Positions 28,408 to 36,339 are shown, numbered from the stretch's first letter. The stretch: DNA of 64,000 nt from Gemmatimonadales bacterium (GCA_035279705.1 DATEHG010000111.1:39101-103100), one strand, 5' to 3'. A program made the numbers and translations. The notes: generated by a model not told the origin, from the sequence alone.

Positions 28408-28862
28408 ACCGGCGCGGGTTTACCATCGTCGAACTCTGGACCGTGATGATCATCATCGGCATCCTCGCGGCCATCGCCATCCTCAAGTACATCGACCTGA
28501 AGAACACCGCCCGGACCTCCGAGATCAGCGCGGCCATCGGCGTCATCCGGGTGGCGGCCTACGCGTATGAGGCCGACCACCAGTACCAGTATCCGGCGGA
28601 ATCGGGGCCGGGCATCATTCCGCCGGAGCTGCTGCCTTACCTGCCGACCAATTTCTCCTTCGAGCACCCCGACTACACGCTCGACTGGGACAATTTCACC
28701 GGCAGCGGGCCGGGGGCGCCGTACCAGATCGGGGTGACGGTCACCACGACCGACCCGCGGCTCATGGGCAAGATCCTGCAATACCTCGGCGCGGACTCGC
28801 CCTACTACTGGACGGGGTCGAGTTTCACGTACATGCTGATCGACGCGTCGGGGAACTACTGA
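28404..28862 (+). CDS. Prepilin-type N-terminal cleavage/methylation domain protein (type IV pilin / T2SS pseudopilin-like)
   Basis: GTG at 28404, in frame with ORF 28200..28862, gives VNRRGFTIVELWTVMIIIGILAAIAILKY, the class-III signal peptide (G/FTxxE) with hydrophobic helix. Confidence 0.75.
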   Translation: MNRRGFTIVELWTVMIIIGILAAIAILKYIDLKNTARTSEISAAIGVIRVAAYAYEADHQYQYPAESGPGIIPPELLPYLPTNFSFEHPDYTLDWDNFTGSGPGAPYQIGVTVTTTDPRLMGKILQYLGADSPYYWTGSSFTYMLIDASGNY

Positions 28863-28894
28863 CGGACAGACGGCTGGACGGGCAGACGGGCAGG
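28861..28894. repeat. Tandem octamers GACGGACA GACGGCTG GACGGGCA GACGGGCA (+GG)
   Basis: Read directly. It begins inside the pilin-like gene's stop codon and is followed by a 33-nt polypyrimidine (CT) tract running to the GH15 stop. Confidence 0.9.
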
Positions 28895-28926
28895 ATTTCC
28901 TCTCTTCTCTCTTCGCTCTCCGCTTC

Positions 28927-30714
28927 CTAGAAGGCGTCTCCCCACGGGATGCTGAGCCGCGTGGCGGCATCCACGATCCCCACCATGCTGTAGGTCTGCA
29001 CGAAGTTGCCCCACAGCTCCCCCGTTGCCGGTTCGACATCCTCCGAGAGCAGGCCGTGACGATTGCGCCGGGCCAGAACCCGTTCGAACAGCTCGCGCGC
29101 CTCCTGGCGCCGTCCCAGGGCGGCGAGGGCGTTGATATACCAGAAGGTGCAGGCCAGGAAGGCCGTCTCGGGAACGCCGAAATCGTCCCGATCGACATAG
29201 CGGAAGATGAAATCGCCGCGGCGGAGCCCCCGCTCGATGGCGGTGACGGTCCCGACGAAGCGGGGATCATCCGCGGGCAGGAATCCCAGGTCATGCATCC
29301 GGAGCACGCTGGCATCGAGGGTATTGCCATCGAGTGAAGCGGTGAAACTGCCCAGCCGCGCATTCCAGCCCCGCTCACAGATGACCTGGTGGATTCTCCT
29401 GGCGTGCTGGCGCCAGTACCCGGCCCTGTCCTCGCGGCCGAGCCGCGCGGCGATGCGCGCCAGCCGATCGCAGCCGGCCCAGCACATCATGCTCGAGGAG
29501 GTGTGGACCCGGCTGATGCCCCGGAATTCCCAGATCCCGGCATCGGCCTGGTCGAACAGCCGCGCCGCCGCTTCGCCGAGCAGTTCGAGGCGGTGGAAGA
29601 GGGCTTCGTTGCCTTCGCGGATCAGCCGGCGGTCGAAGAAGACGTGTGTCGCCGCGAGGATGGCCGAGCCGTAAACATCATGCTGCACCTGGCGGTGGGC
29701 CTGATTGCCTACCCTGACCGGCCCCATGCCCCGGTAGCCTGGCAGGGTGTTCACCACCCGTTCATCGAGCACCGACCGGCCACTGATGCCGTAGACCGGC
29801 TTGAGCTCGCCGCGTTCGGCATCGGCCACGAGGTTGAGGATGAACGCCATGTACCGTTCCATGGTCCGCGTGGCGCCCAGACTGTTGAGCGCATTGACGA
29901 CGAAATAGGCGTCACGCAGCCAGCAGTAGCGGTAGTCCCAGTTGCGGCCGCTCCCCGGCGCCTCCGGGATGGAGGTCGTCATGGCGGCCACCACCGCACC
30001 GGTATCCTCGAAGACGTTGAGCTCGAGGGTGATCGCGGCCCGGATGACGGCGTCCTGCCACTCGAACGGAATGCCCAGCGAACGGACCCAGTCCCGCCAG
30101 TAGACCAGTGTTTCCTCGAGGAAGTGGCGGCCGACCGCACTGACAGATCCCTGCACCGTCTCGTCGGGCCCGAGCAGGAGCGTGAGGCTCCCCTCCACGA
30201 AAAAGGCCGCCTCCTCCAGGACCATCGTCACCGGCGCATCCGTGGTCAGGCGCAGCGCGGCGTCGGTGGCGAGGTAGCGGATATGGTTGCTGCCGGATGT
30301 CCAGGGTGCGCACTCCCGCCCGTAGTCGCGGGCCGGATTGACCCGCAGGCGCACCCGGGGCGTGCCACTGATCCGCCGCACCTGGCGCACCACCATCATG
30401 GGACAGAACATGCGGCCGTGCTGCCGGAAGCGGGGCGCAAAGTCCATCACCTCCACGGCGCCTCCGCTCCGGTCGAACAGCCGGGTGCAGAGCACCGGGG
30501 TATTGAGCAGATACTCCTGCTCCGTTCTCTCCAGGTCGAGCAATTCGATGGCGCAGCTGCCGGGACCGGTACCGTCTTCCGGCCCGCGGAGCAGGCTGCA
30601 GAAGGCGGGGTCGCTGTCGAACCGGGGAAAGCAGCTCCAGACAATGCGGGCTTCGGGATCGATCAGCGCGCTGACCGCGCCGTTCCCGATGAGGGCCAGG
30701 TCGAGCGCGCTCAA
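28927..30714 (-). CDS. Glycoside hydrolase family 15 (glucoamylase/trehalase-like)
   Basis: C-terminal ~595 aa of ORF 28927..31146. LIGNGAVSALIDPEARIVWSCFPRFDSDPAF N-domain and WDYRYCWLRDA, a GH15 catalytic-domain motif. The proposed TTG start at 30714 overlaps the otsB stop (TTGA); the start is uncertain. Confidence 0.78.
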   Translation of the reverse strand: MSALDLALIGNGAVSALIDPEARIVWSCFPRFDSDPAFCSLLRGPEDGTGPGSCAIELLDLERTEQEYLLNTPVLCTRLFDRSGGAVEVMDFAPRFRQHGRMFCPMMVVRQVRRISGTPRVRLRVNPARDYGRECAPWTSGSNHIRYLATDAALRLTTDAPVTMVLEEAAFFVEGSLTLLLGPDETVQGSVSAVGRHFLEETLVYWRDWVRSLGIPFEWQDAVIRAAITLELNVFEDTGAVVAAMTTSIPEAPGSGRNWDYRYCWLRDAYFVVNALNSLGATRTMERYMAFILNLVADAERGELKPVYGISGRSVLDERVVNTLPGYRGMGPVRVGNQAHRQVQHDVYGSAILAATHVFFDRRLIREGNEALFHRLELLGEAAARLFDQADAGIWEFRGISRVHTSSSMMCWAGCDRLARIAARLGREDRAGYWRQHARRIHQVICERGWNARLGSFTASLDGNTLDASVLRMHDLGFLPADDPRFVGTVTAIERGLRRGDFIFRYVDRDDFGVPETAFLACTFWYINALAALGRRQEARELFERVLARRNRHGLLSEDVEPATGELWGNFVQTYSMVGIVDAATRLSIPWGDAF

Positions 30715-31511
30715 TGGGAACTCCCCGGGAAATGACGCCGCACCGGATGCGGGGCCGGCGTTCCGGCGCTGAGCCAGCCCAGAACGGCGGGCACGTCGTG
30801 CAGCCGCCAGAAGGCTGTCGTGGGTCCAGGGCCCACCTTGATCGAGTGACCGCCCAGGCGATTGACGACGGCGAAGCCGAATTCGTCCGTGGCGTCGTCG
30901 CCGACGAAGACCGGCGTCCGGCCCCGGAACGGCGCCTCCGCCATGAATTCGAAGATGGCGTCCCCCTTGTCCCGGCCCGCGGGCTTGAGCTCGACCACCT
31001 GCTTGCCCTCCTGGACGGTGAACTCCGGACCGAGTGACTTGCAGGCCGACCGCACGGCCCGCGACGCCAGGCCGGCCAGGCGCGGTTCCCGCCGGAAGTG
31101 CAGCGCCAGCGAACTGCCCTTGTCTTCGAGCAGCAAGCCCGGCCACTGGGCGATGAACTCCGACAGACTCTGCCGCGCCAGATCGAGCCGCTCCGAGGGA
31201 AAGGGGTGCCGGTGCAGCACGCCATCGGCGCCGCGGCGCTCGACGCCATGCTGGCCCGCCAGCGGCAGCGGCGGCCCCGGAATGAGCTGGTCCAGCTCGA
31301 CGAGCGAGCGGCCGCTGATCAGCGCGAGCGCCCCGCCAGTCAGCGTCCGGGTGGCCTGCAGCAGGTCACGCACGCCGGGGTTGATCTCGATTGCGTCCGG
31401 CGTCTCGGCCAGCTCCACCAGTGTGCCGTCGAGATCGAGAAAGCAGGCCCAGCCGGCGGCCGGCGCGATCAGACCGGAGGATGGAGGGGCGGAGTCGGGC
31501 TGCGGTCTCAC
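30711..31511 (-). CDS. otsB: Trehalose-6-phosphate phosphatase (HAD family)
   Basis: 266 aa. FLDLDGTLVE (DxDGT), ISGRS and GDDATDE motifs. Confidence 0.88.
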   Translation of the reverse strand: MRPQPDSAPPSSGLIAPAAGWACFLDLDGTLVELAETPDAIEINPGVRDLLQATRTLTGGALALISGRSLVELDQLIPGPPLPLAGQHGVERRGADGVLHRHPFPSERLDLARQSLSEFIAQWPGLLLEDKGSSLALHFRREPRLAGLASRAVRSACKSLGPEFTVQEGKQVVELKPAGRDKGDAIFEFMAEAPFRGRTPVFVGDDATDEFGFAVVNRLGGHSIKVGPGPTTAFWRLHDVPAVLGWLSAGTPAPHPVRRHFPGSSH

Positions 31512-33757
31512 AGCAGGCGGCTCACCGCCAGCGCCCGGCCACCGGCCGCGCTCACCCGCTCAAGCAACCGGCCGCGGCGCTGCAATCCCGCGGCGTCGAT
31601 CAGCATCCGCCCCGCCCACCGGAACACGTTGAACTCGCGGATCAGGGCGCGCATGAGCCGCATCCTGGCGCGCTCTTCGCCCTCCGGCATGACCAGCGCC
31701 ATGTGCAGCGCGGCGGCGCATTCGTCGGTGTCGTACGGATTGACGATGAGGGCCTCGGGGAGCTCCCGCGCGGCGCCGGTGAACTGGCTCAGCACGAGGA
31801 CGCCGCGCTCGTCGTCCCGGGAGGAGACGAACTCCTTGGCCACCAGATTCATCCCATCGTGCAGGCTGCTCACCACGCAGACTTCCGCCGCCCGGTAGTA
31901 CTCGTACACCTGGTGCGGCTCATGGTGATCGCCCAGCAGGAGGATCGCCGGGTGCTCGGCCGACTCGAACCGCTGGTTGATCCGGGCCACCAGCGATTCC
32001 ACCCGGTGCTGGTAGTGCCGGTACTCCTCGATCGAGGTTCGCGTGGGTGCGGCCACCTGCACGAAGGTGAAGCGGCCGATCCATTCGGGGCGCAGTTCGA
32101 AGAGCCGCTCCACCGCGCGCAGCCGCTCTTCGACGCCCTTGGTGTAGTCGAGCCGGTCCACCCCCACGCCGATCCGGTGCGACTCGGGGAGTCCATGGCG
32201 CCGGCGGACGGCAATCCGGCACTCCTCCACCGTCCGCTCCATGAGCTCGGCCGGTGGAGGCCATTCGACGGAAATGGGATAGCGCTTGACGGCCGTCCGC
32301 GACCCCTGGTAGCTGACCGTGAAACTCTCCCGATCGGTCCGGGCTTCGAGCAGGCTGTCGACGGTGTCGACGAAGTTGTTGCAGTGGAACTGGGTGTGAA
32401 ATCCGAGAATGCTGCTACCCAGCAGGCCGTCGAGCAGCTCCTCGCGCCAGGGACAGATGCCGAACGCTTCCGGATTGGGCCACGGGATGTGCCAGAACGT
32501 CACGATGGTCGCGGCCGGAAGCTGCTGGCGGATCATGCGCGGCAGCAGCGCGAAGTGATAATCCTGGACCAGGACGATCGGATCGGCCGAGCGGACCTCG
32601 TCCGACACCGCAGCCGCGAAGGCGCGGTTGACCCGGGCGTACTGCTCCCAGTCCGACGTCCGGAAGGTCGGGCGGACGTGGGCGATGTGGCACAGCGGCC
32701 AGAGGCCCTCGTTGGCGAAGCCGTAGTAGTAGCCCGCTTCCTCCTCGGGGCTGAGCCAGACGCGACGGATCTGGTAGGCGGGGTGGTCCGGTGGCACGGA
32801 AACCCGGTCGTGACGGTCAACGACCGCGCGGTCCGCCGAGCCGCTGCCGTGGGCGACCCAGGTGCCGGAGCACGCCCGCATGATCGGCTCGAGCGCCGTC
32901 ACCAGTCCGCTGGCCGGGCGATGAACCTCGATCGCGTCGCCCCGGTATACGTGGAGGAAGGGCTCGCGGTTGGAGACGACGATGACTTCCTGGCCCCTGA
33001 GATCTTCGTGCAGCGTGGCGCGGAGCGCCTCGGCGGTCCAGACCGTCTGGCCTTCGTCCCGCGGGCGCTGGCCGGCTTCGATGTCGCGAACGAGTTCGCG
33101 AAGATCCCGGGCCAGCGGACGGAACTCCGGCTTGGGAGAGCTCTCCGAGGCGCGCAGCAGTCCTTCGCCGCGGAGCAGCGCCCGCATGCCCGCTTCCCAG
33201 CCCCGCCAGCTGACCTGCGCAATGACGACCGTGATCAGCGAGATGGTGACGCCGAGGAGCACGAAGAAATAGAAGACGTAGCGCCGGGTTTCCTCGCTTC
33301 TCAGCTGCACGAAACTCATGTCGTGCACCAGCACCAGGCGACCGTGGGGCCAGGCCGGGATTTCGAGTGGCCGTACCGACACGAGGAGGGGGCCCTGCGG
33401 GATCCTGAGGATGTAGCCGGTCGGTCCCGAATAGCGATCGAGGTCGCTGCAGCTCACGTCGGCCGGCATGGCGGCCGTGGCAAGGATGCGCTCATCGCCG
33501 CCGGCGCAGACGCCGACGGCATAGACCCGCTCGTCTTCCGTGATCCGGGTGAAGAACTGGATCAGCCGTGCGCGGTTTCCGGCGGCCGCCAGGTCGAGAT
33601 CCGACTCCCGGATGCTATTGGCGATCAGGTTGGCGCGGAGGTCGAGATCCCGCACGAACCAGCGGACCGTCAGCTTGTCGACGAGGGGGAGGATGGCGTA
33701 GGCAATGGCCGCCAGGGCCAGGAGCAACGGCACAATGAAGCGGAGAGACAGCCGCAT
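31508..33757 (-). CDS. otsA: Trehalose-6-phosphate synthase (GT20) with ~255-aa N-terminal two-TM extension
   Basis: 749 aa. The GT20 core runs from about aa 255 (VIVVSNREP...GFHTQ...LVAKEF...LVLSQFTGAA...NPYD). The N-terminus has TM helices at about 5-25 and 163-185. Confidence 0.88.
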   Translation of the reverse strand: MRLSLRFIVPLLLALAAIAYAILPLVDKLTVRWFVRDLDLRANLIANSIRESDLDLAAAGNRARLIQFFTRITEDERVYAVGVCAGGDERILATAAMPADVSCSDLDRYSGPTGYILRIPQGPLLVSVRPLEIPAWPHGRLVLVHDMSFVQLRSEETRRYVFYFFVLLGVTISLITVVIAQVSWRGWEAGMRALLRGEGLLRASESSPKPEFRPLARDLRELVRDIEAGQRPRDEGQTVWTAEALRATLHEDLRGQEVIVVSNREPFLHVYRGDAIEVHRPASGLVTALEPIMRACSGTWVAHGSGSADRAVVDRHDRVSVPPDHPAYQIRRVWLSPEEEAGYYYGFANEGLWPLCHIAHVRPTFRTSDWEQYARVNRAFAAAVSDEVRSADPIVLVQDYHFALLPRMIRQQLPAATIVTFWHIPWPNPEAFGICPWREELLDGLLGSSILGFHTQFHCNNFVDTVDSLLEARTDRESFTVSYQGSRTAVKRYPISVEWPPPAELMERTVEECRIAVRRRHGLPESHRIGVGVDRLDYTKGVEERLRAVERLFELRPEWIGRFTFVQVAAPTRTSIEEYRHYQHRVESLVARINQRFESAEHPAILLLGDHHEPHQVYEYYRAAEVCVVSSLHDGMNLVAKEFVSSRDDERGVLVLSQFTGAARELPEALIVNPYDTDECAAALHMALVMPEGEERARMRLMRALIREFNVFRWAGRMLIDAAGLQRRGRLLERVSAAGGRALAVSRLL

Positions 33758-33903
33758 GTATCATCACTCGCCGCCCGTCGGCCGGGGAGCCAGGCCCCAA
33801 GGGGCCGGCTCGAACCCGGAAAGCCGCGCGGGCGATCGCATGAAGCCAGTGCAGGGCCCCGGCGCACCAGCTTGAGTCACGGCCGGGGGGCGTGCCTACC
33901 CTC

Positions 33904-33940
33904 GCAACAAACACCATTGCTCCGGCCACCGCAAGGCGGC
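33904..33940 (-). terminator. Candidate intrinsic terminator after hypothetical gene 33970..34491
   Basis: In minus sense: GGCCGCC-UUGC-GGUGGCC (7 bp including one G-U) followed by GGAGCAAUGGUGUUUGUUG. Confidence 0.5.
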
Positions 33941-33969
33941 CCTCGGGCAATGTTCGGGACCCGCCGGCG

Positions 33970-34491
33970 CTACTTGAAGCTGCGGAAGTAGAGCGTGAAG
34001 TCGCTGGCGCTCTGCCGGGCGTAGAGGGAGGGCATGAATACCTCCTTCATTCCCGCCGGGAAGGGAAAGTGCTCCGAGGCAATGAGCGCCAGCATCTTGT
34101 CGTGGGGAGTGCCGAACTTCCCGTCGGCGACCATCAGCTTGACCCGGTCGCGCCCCGCCCGGAGGACCTCGATCCGCTTCCAGGTGTCGTCGGCCTCCAG
34201 CGACTGATAAATCTTGCCGCCATCCACCGCCCCGAACGCCGTGATGGCGTACATCGTGCCCCCCGGGACGTTGAGATCGAGGGTGAGGCGGTCGCCCCCG
34301 TAGGCCGCGGCGAACCGTCTGAGGGTGGTGATGTTCCCGGAGAGATCGTGGGGTTCGGTTCCGTAGCCGGGTCCCTTGCGGAGGGCGGCTACGTAGTCCT
34401 TGACGGTGAGCTGGCCGAGTTTGGTGATCTTGCCGGAATCATCCTCGATGTGCCGCAGCGTATTCTTGACCACGTAGAGATACGTCGACAT
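33970..34491 (-). CDS. Hypothetical protein (173 aa)
   Basis: Clean ATG..stop ORF. Non-repetitive, balanced composition (K/Y/F-containing), unlike GC-artefact ORFs. GC is slightly lower than the neighbours. No motif recognised. Confidence 0.6.
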   Translation of the reverse strand: MSTYLYVVKNTLRHIEDDSGKITKLGQLTVKDYVAALRKGPGYGTEPHDLSGNITTLRRFAAAYGGDRLTLDLNVPGGTMYAITAFGAVDGGKIYQSLEADDTWKRIEVLRAGRDRVKLMVADGKFGTPHDKMLALIASEHFPFPAGMKEVFMPSLYARQSASDFTLYFRSFK

Positions 34492-34740
34492 GCGTCCTCC
34501 TCGCTCATCGCAGGGCGGTCAGCATCTCTCATCCGCGCTTCAAGCAATCGTTTCCCCGGGCCCAGCCCGTCCGGCGAGTACAGGTGAATGGACTCCACCG
34601 TTGGCCGCAACTGCGTGCCGCGGGCCGGCTCCGAACTCACCTGAGCGTTGTCCCTCCGTGGATTCCAAGCTGCCGGGCGTCTGCCGGATTCGCCAGCCTG
34701 ACGGGGGGGCTGCCTGTCAGGTCATCACTCGCCGGGAGGA

Positions 34741-35697
34741 TCAGGGGGCACCCTGGGTGATCTTCCAGCTCCGGATCCGCCAGGTCTCGCCGTCCCGGGC
34801 GGCCATGGCAGTGGCTTTCATCCGCCGACTCGAGCCCGTGCCGAAGGGGTTCACCCATCGCGCGACCCATTGCGCCCTGGCGGTCCCGTCGTCCTCACTC
34901 ACTGTGACGTCGAGCAGAATGGCCTCTCGCAGCGATATGTGATGTTTGGAGGCAAAGACCATGAAATCGGGAGGGCCGACCGCAAGCACCGGATCGGTGT
35001 ACCGGGCCGAGTCCACGGCGGTGACCAGCAAAGTCAACCACTCGGCCAGGGCGCTCCTGGCGCGGGCCAGCCTGCTCTCCCGCACATCGGCCGCCGGTAG
35101 CGCCGGCGCCTCGAGCTCCTGCTGCTCCCTCGCCAGCTGGGCTGCGCGGTTCGTGGCCTCCAGGAGGACCAGGGAGTCGGCCCTGCGGAGCTCCGCCAGT
35201 CGACGTTCCTCTTCCGCAACCGAGTCAGCGTGCCGGCGCGAGACGGCCGCCAAGGAATCGGCGCGCCGTTGCGACGCCCCAGCGAACCAGTCTTCGATCC
35301 GGGTCGCGTCGAGTGCCGCGGTCGTGTCGGCCTGCTCGACGGGAAGCCCGGACTCCGCCGCAGCAGCGGGAGGCTGGATGGATGATGGTGGTGGTGACGA
35401 ACTGGCTGAAGCCGCGAGGGGCTCGCGGGGAGCAACGGAAGAGTCCGACGGCGCCAATCCGGAGTTGCCTTCGCCGATCGGCTGGAGTTGTACGGGAGGT
35501 GTGCGGGCTTGCGGGGAGGGGTCGGAGCGCGCCGATCGCCAGAGCCACCAGCCGGCCAGCACGGTGACGACGGCGAGCACACCCAGGAGCCGATGACTCG
35601 TCTGCGCTCGGCGGCGGGCCAACGGAGAGGTGAACCCGACGTCCTCGTCCTCCCTGGGCGGGGGAACGAGGACCCAACCCTTGCGATCACCTGCCAC
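34741..35697 (-). CDS. Hypothetical membrane-anchored protein: N-terminal TM, Pro/Ala/Ser-rich linker, coiled-coil, small C-terminal alpha+beta domain
   Basis: 318 aa. TM LLGVLAVVTVLAGWWLW, coiled-coil segment EEERRLAELRR...AQLAREQQELE, and a compact C-terminal domain (...AQWVARWVNPFG...ETWRIRSWKITQG). Confidence 0.6.
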   Translation of the reverse strand: MAGDRKGWVLVPPPREDEDVGFTSPLARRRAQTSHRLLGVLAVVTVLAGWWLWRSARSDPSPQARTPPVQLQPIGEGNSGLAPSDSSVAPREPLAASASSSPPPSSIQPPAAAAESGLPVEQADTTAALDATRIEDWFAGASQRRADSLAAVSRRHADSVAEEERRLAELRRADSLVLLEATNRAAQLAREQQELEAPALPAADVRESRLARARSALAEWLTLLVTAVDSARYTDPVLAVGPPDFMVFASKHHISLREAILLDVTVSEDDGTARAQWVARWVNPFGTGSSRRMKATAMAARDGETWRIRSWKITQGAP

Positions 35698-35904
35698 GGC
35701 CTATCGCCTCAAGAGCGGCTCGGCGCGGACTTGATGGGGCTCCAGCCTCCGAGCGGTCAATTTGCAGTCGACACTGCAGCCCGCGTTCAACCAATAACCG
35801 ATTGTCCTGGGGACAGGAAGGGCGGTTCGGGCGGGAGCAAATGTGGCAGGAAGGATATTGAGTATCGTGGCGGGACCCGGGGCGTCGCGCGGTTCTCGCA
35901 TCAA

Positions 35905-35957
35905 TGCTCGGGGTGGGGATCGAACCCACATGAGGGTTGCCCCTCTTGGGATTTTAA
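35905..35957 (-). pseudogene. 3' half of a class-II tRNA-Leu(UAA) (anticodon loop to discriminator); putative prophage att core
   Basis: Minus strand reads TTAAAA-TCCCA-A-GAGGG-GCAA-CCCTC-AT-GTGGG-TTCGATC-CCCAC-CCCGAGC-A. That is UAA-anticodon-loop remnant, 3' anticodon stem, long variable stem-loop, canonical T-arm, acceptor 3' strand and A73. No matching D-arm or 5' anticodon stem lies upstream. Confidence 0.7.
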
Positions 35958-36041
35958 GGAAGGCCCAGCCCCGGGGCCAGCCTGCCTTTCCTTCTATATA
36001 CGTGGCCCCGAGCGGCCCCGACCGACCCCGGCCAGCGCCCG

Positions 36042-36065
36042 CCATGGTACCGCCCATGGTACCGC
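36042..36065. repeat. Perfect tandem 12-mer CCATGGTACCGC x2
   Basis: Read directly. Each unit contains the overlapping palindromes CCATGG and GGTACC. It lies 47 nt upstream of the first phage ORF. Confidence 0.9.
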
Positions 36066-36111
36066 CGCATTCGTCCGCTTTCCGGGTTGCCCGTGAAACG
36101 GGGAGGACCCG

Positions 36112-36339
36112 ATGAGGGTGCGGGCTGGCGATCCGGAGGCCGCCCGCGTGGAAGCGGTCAGTCTCGATGGATGGCTCCTCGAAAACGTCGTCGAGGCTGA
36201 TGACCAGGAGGGGTGGGCGGAGCGGGAGGTCCTGGTCGATGGCCGGCCGGTCATCGAAAACGGGCAGGTCAAGACCGCGCGAGTGCATGGCGCGATCACG
36301 ATTCACCTGCGGCCCTGCCTCCCTGGGGAGGCGCGCTGA
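36112..36339 (+). CDS. Phage hypothetical protein (75 aa)
   Basis: ATG preceded by GGGGAGGA. Its stop overlaps the next start (TGATG). Confidence 0.55.
   Translation: MRVRAGDPEAARVEAVSLDGWLLENVVEADDQEGWAEREVLVDGRPVIENGQVKTARVHGAITIHLRPCLPGEAR

Noticed and set aside
27496-29378. Minus-strand ORFs 27496..28332 (278 aa) and 28374..29378 (334 aa) overlapping the response regulator/pilin cluster and the GH15 3' end.
   Set aside because: They lie antisense to genes with clear motifs (receiver domain, prepilin signal, GH15) and have low-complexity Arg/Gly/Pro-rich sequences.
34697-34721. Hairpin CCTGAC-N13-GTCAGG just downstream of gene 34741..35697 as an intrinsic terminator.
   Set aside because: The stem is only 6 bp with a 13-nt loop and no following U-tract, so it is too weak to report as a terminator.
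35905-36013. A possible complete but oversized (109-nt) tRNA, because GCTCGGG at ~36007-36013 (minus sense) is complementary to the acceptor 3' strand CCCGAGC.
   Set aside because: The intervening sequence has no D-arm (no GG D-loop). The segment 5' of the anticodon loop cannot pair with TCCCA. The length fits no tRNA class, including tRNA-Sec. The 7-nt match is treated as coincidence or as part of the phage-side att arm.
35701-36306. 201-aa minus-strand ORF spanning the tRNA remnant and host-phage junction (a possible integrase or repressor).
   Set aside because: Its composition is junk-like (Arg/Pro/Gly-rich). It runs through the tRNA fragment and antisense to the first phage ORF. No tyrosine or serine recombinase or HTH motif is visible.
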